From: Cyanophora paradoxa CCMP329
Taxonomy: Eukaryota > Plantae > Glaucophyta
DNA length: 64,000 nt
NCBI GenBank assembly: GCA_004431415.1
Contig: QPMI01000514.1
Span: forward strand, 124,001 to 188,000
Direction of reading: 5' to 3'
The stretch's first letter is position 1. Every line of letters starts with the position of its first letter. The notes under the pieces are model-generated. The model was not told the origin of the DNA, did not search any database, and worked only from the letters and a program-made list of their open reading frames with translations. A program made the translations under genes and the position numbers. Shown one piece after another: positions 59,243 to 64,000 of this stretch.

Positions 59243-62200
59243 TTAGTTCACCTCGCCGCCCTCGGCGGCTTTCTCGGCCTCGTCGCTGGCCTCCGGCCCC
59301 GCGGCGCCGCTCGCCGCCGCAGACCGCGCCTCTGCCGCGGCGTTCAGTGCCCGCTGCCGTCGCCAGTTAGCCTGTACGGGAGACCGGGGCCGCAGAAGAT
59401 TCGAACCTGGGCAGCGAGATCCGTCGGAGCCTTCATCATCTCGCGGAGGCACATCGTCGCGTACGCGGAGCTGCGTACCCCCTTAGGGAGGGGGTACGCG
59501 AAAAAGCGCGGGGGGTACCTCGGGAGCGTGAAGCCGACGGCGACCGCGGCGAGGGGTCCCGCGGAGGGCGCGAGGTGGGGTACGGGCCCCAGCGGCGCCC
59601 TCGGATCGTCCAGATCCGGGATGTGCTGCCGAGTAGACGGATTAAATCAGGTTTGATCGAAAGGGGGGAGAGGAGCGAGGTACCTGGTTTCGCGACTCAA
59701 CAACGTCGAGGTCGGTCCGAAGGAGGGGCTCCTCCACAGCTGCGTACCGCGCGATGCGCCTGGGGGAACGGTGTCGCGGGATCGCGGGGCTCGCTGGGGC
59801 AGGGCACGCGGACCACCGGAAGTCGCGGGGCTTGACGACGAGCGGGCGGTACCCCCCGGGGAGGGCGTACTCCCTGCAGGGGAATTAATCGAACCGGGGG
59901 CGCCGCGCCTTCTAGAACAGCCTTCTATGCGGGCCGAGAGCCCGTGAACTCTTAGGAGCCTCTTGCTTACTTCTGCTTTAGGTTGAGCCCGTCGATGTCG
60001 ATGCCGTCCGCAGCCATCGCCTCCCGATACCTGTCCCCGCGTACCCCGGCTCGGATGTATCCCCCGGAATGAAGGGGGGAGAATGGGGCGTGCCGGTCCT
60101 TGAGGGCGTGGGAGGGGTACTGCACGTCGAAGCCGGGGAGGGGGAGCAGGACGTCGGAGAGCCCGTACCTGGTCGCTCGGGAGAGGGGGTACGAGTCGGC
60201 GGCGCGGCTTCGTGCGCGGGCGCGGAGGCGGTGCACCTCCCGGAGGCGGCCTCCTCAGCGGAGAGGGCCCGCACGGCGCGGCGCCCGCCCCCGGCCCGCC
60301 CGGCGCCCGCCGCCCCGTCGCCCTCCCCGCCCTCCTCCGCCCCGGCCACCGCCGCCGCCGCCTCCGCCTCCTCCGCGTCGGCGGCCACCGCGTCCTCCTC
60401 CGCCGCTGCCCGCCCGTCAGCGCGCGTCCGAAGCAAGCGCTCGCTACAGCTAGTCAACATTCAGCTCTCTGGGCTGGTGGGTGGGGTGGGAGGGGGCAGG
60501 GGCGGGGGCGCACGGGTCGGGGCCTCGGCGCGGGCGTCGGCGAAGACGAGGTCGCCCTCGAGCGCGCCCCCGGGGCACATCTGCGGCCGCCGGGGCAGAG
60601 CAAGCAGCGTCGGGCTCGGACGAAGAAAGGAAGGGCGGGGGCGGCTCGAGGCCGAGGGGGGGAGGAGGGGCCCGCTAGGCGCGTCCCCCGCCTCGCCCGC
60701 GGGCTCGCACCTGCACTCGGAGGGAGGCCATGTGGTTCCAGATGAGGCTCTGGTACGCGTGCACGTACATCGTCCGCATGTTCCGCGGCACCTGAAGCTC
60801 GCCTCAGCCGCGCGCGCGGGGCGCCGGGCGGAGAGGGGAGGGCGGACGGCGCCGAGGGCGGCGAGGGGGTCGGAGAGGCCGTTGCGCTTGAAGCCGGCCA
60901 GCAGCGAGCTGCGCCGCCGCCAGCCCCGGTGAGCCCCCGCCGGGGCGCGCCCCCGAGGCGCGTGGCGTGGCGGCCGCGCAGGTATTCTCTGGAGGCTCGG
61001 CGCGGGGCCCAACTAGGTGATGCCCAGAGGCTCAACATTCTCTCCTTAATGCCCGCTAGGCGATGCCCCCCTGAGCGGGGGCTAGGCCCGACACGCCCGC
61101 CTCCGTCGCCCCCGGGGCCTCCTTTCCTCGAGTCCGGCGCGGCGCGGCAGGCCCGCACCGCTCGACGAGCATGCCGCGCGGCATCTTCCGCAGCGCCCCC
61201 TCGATGTCCTGCTCCCGCCCACAGCGTCAGAAGCTCCCAGAGGCTCCCCCGCAATGCGAGGGCGGCCGGCGCAAGGGCGGGGCGGGGAGAGTCGGCCGCT
61301 AGATCTTATCGAGGCGAGTCCCGGCGGCCACGGGGCGGGGCCGGGCGGGCGGGGCGGCGGGGGGCGTGCCTTGGTCTTCGCGAAGTGCTCCCGCGCCCGC
61401 GCAGCCTCCGTGCTCTCTGCGCCCCCGCGCAGCACAGCTCGAAGAGCGAAGAGGAGGGGCGGGGAGAGGCGGGGCGGGGCGGGGCGGGGCACCGCCGGGG
61501 CGGGGGGAGAGGATAGCGTCGACGGCGGCCTGCCACTCCCCGCGCAGGATGTGGGCCCCCACCTGCCGGACGCGCGCGTCAGAGAGGAGGAGGGGGGCGG
61601 GAGGGCGAGGGGCGGACCTTGTGCGTGCCCGTCGACCCGAAGCGCTGTGTCCCCGGTCAGGAGAGAAGAGGAGAGGAAAGGAAAGGAAAGGAAAGGAAAG
61701 GAAAGGAAAGGAAAGGAAAGGAGAGGAGAGGAGAGGAGAGGAGAGGAAAGGATGGGGGAGGGGGCGCTGCACCTGGAGGCCGTAGTAGTTGAGGAAGCCG
61801 CGCTCGGCGACGGCGCGCAGGGCCGCCTCCAGCTGCCCCTCGTCCGCGTCCACGTCCCTGGCGCGCATCGACTGTGAGCGGGAGCGAGCGAGGCGAGGAG
61901 CGATCGGATCGAACCGGAGGACGAGGGAGAAGCGGTTGCCGGAGAGGTCTCCCAGCCGGATCGCCTCCCGTGCGTACCTGATTGAGACGAGGGGGGTATC
62001 GGATTTGCACCTCAAGCATTGAGGGCGGGGGAAGGGGAAGGGAATGCGCACCCGAAGCTGCCCAAGCGCATGCCCCGGAGGGTCTTGTTCAGGCCGCGGA
62101 GCCTCTCCGGCGCCACCTTGAAGGCGCTCACCTGAGATGGGATTTTAATGGACGGGCACAGGTTGGGAAAACGGAGTCGAAGGGGGTACGGGCCCGCTGG

Positions 62201-63494
62201 GTGGTGACGGCGCGCTTGTCCTTGGTACCCGCGTAGGAAAAGGTCTTCGGGGTGACCCTGGAGGGGTACAAGGGTCGCACCCGGGCGCGAGAGAGGGAAG
62301 GCGGGTACAGAAATTACACACTGGAGCAGGCGGCAGAGGAGGCCAATCGCGTCCATCGTGTCACGGTTCTCCTGCGGCCAAGAAGAGGGGTAAGCCGCGA
62401 TTCGAGCCAGGGCCCATTCCCCTGCCCGGTAAGCCCCCGTACCTTATAGAGGGCGAACGTCACGTGCTCTCCGTTCGCCCAGCGCGGCCCGGCTGCGAGC
62501 GGGGTACAGTGAGCGCGGGCGTCGGGTTCAGAGGGTGCGCGGCATCGCGGGAGCGCACCCTCCTGCTCGCGGCCGCGCTTCTGCCCGACCCCGGCGCCGG
62601 GGCCGAAGCTCCCGCCGGCGCGCTTGTCCACGACTCCCACTCGGGCCCGCACGCACCTGCGCCCCGCCCCGCGTTGGATTCCGAGGGGGTAGGGGGGTTC
62701 CCGTGGGGGTACGCGGCTCTCACTTGGCCTTCTCCCCGGCCGCCGCGCCAGGGGGGTCCACGGTGTCAGTGACGACGCCGGGGTACTGCGCCTTGATGAC
62801 GTTGTGGAGGGCACCCCGCTTCGCCTTGTCCGCCGACGCCTGCGCGCGGGGCTCCCGTTGGGACTTGGCATGTTGAAGCTACAGCTGGGACGGCGCACGG
62901 AGAAGATGAAGGGATCGGATTTGGCGCCGGGCTTTGTCGCCCAGGCAGCGAAGCGACCGGCCTCCTCCTCGCCCACGGCCGCCACAAGCTCCGGGGCCGC
63001 CTGCGGCTTTGAGTCCTCCGGATTCGATCCCGTCTCGGGCTCTCCGCTGCCGGCCGCGGGCTCGCTGCTGGCCGGCGCTGCGGCTGCCTGCGCTGCCGCG
63101 TCCTCGTCGAGCTTACGGCGTCGGGCCGCCCGCTCCTGCAGATCGGAGCCGCGCTCGAGCTCGCCCGCGCATTTGCTCGCGCCCCGCACGCGCGGCGGGT
63201 GCGAAAGCGCACCTGATCAACCTCGGGCAGGTCGAAGGACGTGAGCCGCACGACGCTCCCGCTCGGATCCACCTCGTGAACGATGAAGTCGGAATACGTA
63301 CGCGCTGGTCAGGGACGAGGGAGCGGCGCGCGGGCGATCGAGCGAGCTCTTTCAAAGCGGAGCAAAGGATATCTCTGCTTGATGATGCCGCGGAAGCCCG
63401 GGAGGTCAGGGTTTAGGAACGCCGTGATGCCGACCGAGTCCTCGGTCGGCGTGTCGAACGACGCCGCCGGCTGTGCTGGTGCCGTGGTGGCCAT
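59243..63494 (-). CDS. PUS7: TruD-family pseudouridine synthase PUS7
   Basis: VGITAFLNPDLPGFRGIIKQR|YSDFIVHEVD, FALYK|ENRDTMDAI, FSYAGTKDKRAVTTQ, LGDLSGNRFSLVLR, GFLNYYGLQ|RFG, MYVHAYQSLIWN, DVLLPLPG, LPGGYR and AYATMCLREMMK. Confidence 0.95.
61666..61751. repeat. Compound (GAAAG)n/(GAGAG)n pentamer microsatellite in a PUS7 intron
   Basis: Seen directly. Confidence 0.9.
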
Positions 63495-63744
63495 GGTGAC
63501 GAAGATGGCGCGTCCGGAGAAGAGCTGGGCAGACGCAGGGCGCCCGGGCAGCGGGGATCGGCTGGCGAGGGCTCCGGTCCGGCGGGGGCGGAGGTGACCG
63601 ACGCCGAACGCCGCGTGAAGCGTCCGCGCGTGCAGTCTCGAAAGATCAAGCAGCAGCAAGCCCCCCAGTTCCAAGAACAGGCAGCAAGGCAACTGTACCC
63701 GGGAGCCGATCGGGCTTGTTGCCCAGCAGACACGGCCGGCCGCG

Positions 63745-64000
63745 ATGGCCGATCCATCGTACGCCGCACAAGCTGCGGCACAGCAATGGGGCGCGTACGG
63801 CGGTGAGCCCGCCGATCGCTTGGGAACCACGTCGAGCCACGCGCGTCTCCTGACCACCCCGCGTGCTTTCGCGAGCAGCTTACTATCAATGGGGACCAGA
63901 CGGGATGCCGCCGATGCCTCCAGGGATGCCTCCGATGCCTCCCATGTGGCAGAACCACGGCGGCCCGCCCCCGCCGCCTCCGCCGCCTCCTGAAGCGATG
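63745..64000 (+). CDS. 5' part of a gene with a Pro/Met/Gly-rich N-terminus, incomplete
   Basis: MADPSYAAQAAAQQWGAYG|AYYQWGPDGMPPMPPGMPPMPPMWQNHG; divergent from PUS7. Confidence 0.5.

Noticed and set aside
2418-63494. Functional cluster of nucleic-acid enzymes (cap methyltransferase, RsmI, MMS19, RNase H2A, PUS7)
   Set aside because: They are spread over 60 kb among unrelated genes and act in different compartments; chance is a sufficient explanation without synteny data.
1-64000. CRISPR array, rRNA, operon or prokaryotic defence system
   Set aside because: No regularly spaced repeat-spacer units and no rRNA motifs; the genes are spliceosomal eukaryotic genes. RsmI is intron-rich, so it is not contamination.

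Overview
Very GC-rich, gene-dense eukaryotic nuclear DNA from a photosynthetic organism. It carries a PSA2-type thylakoid zinc-finger gene and a plastid-type RsmI; the style suggests a glaucophyte such as Cyanophora, but that is inference only. About 20 protein-coding genes are split by many short (~45-150 nt) introns, so most long ORFs in the supplied track are GC-rich artefacts. Genes recognised by hand-splicing: cap guanine-N7 methyltransferase (plant RNMT2-like), RsmI, PSA2, an anoctamin/TMEM16, two divergent F-box proteins, MMS19, RNase H2A, an animal-like CNNM with a CNBH domain, PUS7/TruD, and several hypothetical proteins. Non-genic elements: a hAT-type MITE with an 8-bp TSD (20274-20785), a ~2 kb decayed TIR element carrying frameshifted zinc fingers, a T-rich foreign-looking insert, and a 371-bp inverted duplication that yields two head-to-head genes with shared 5' halves and unrelated 3' halves. 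The most striking window-wide signals concern splicing: many GC-AG introns, 9-12 nt microexons, and a transcription-oriented intronic GTACCCC motif that in some introns pairs with GGGGTAC at the 3' end. Gene boundaries are manual and approximate where stated.
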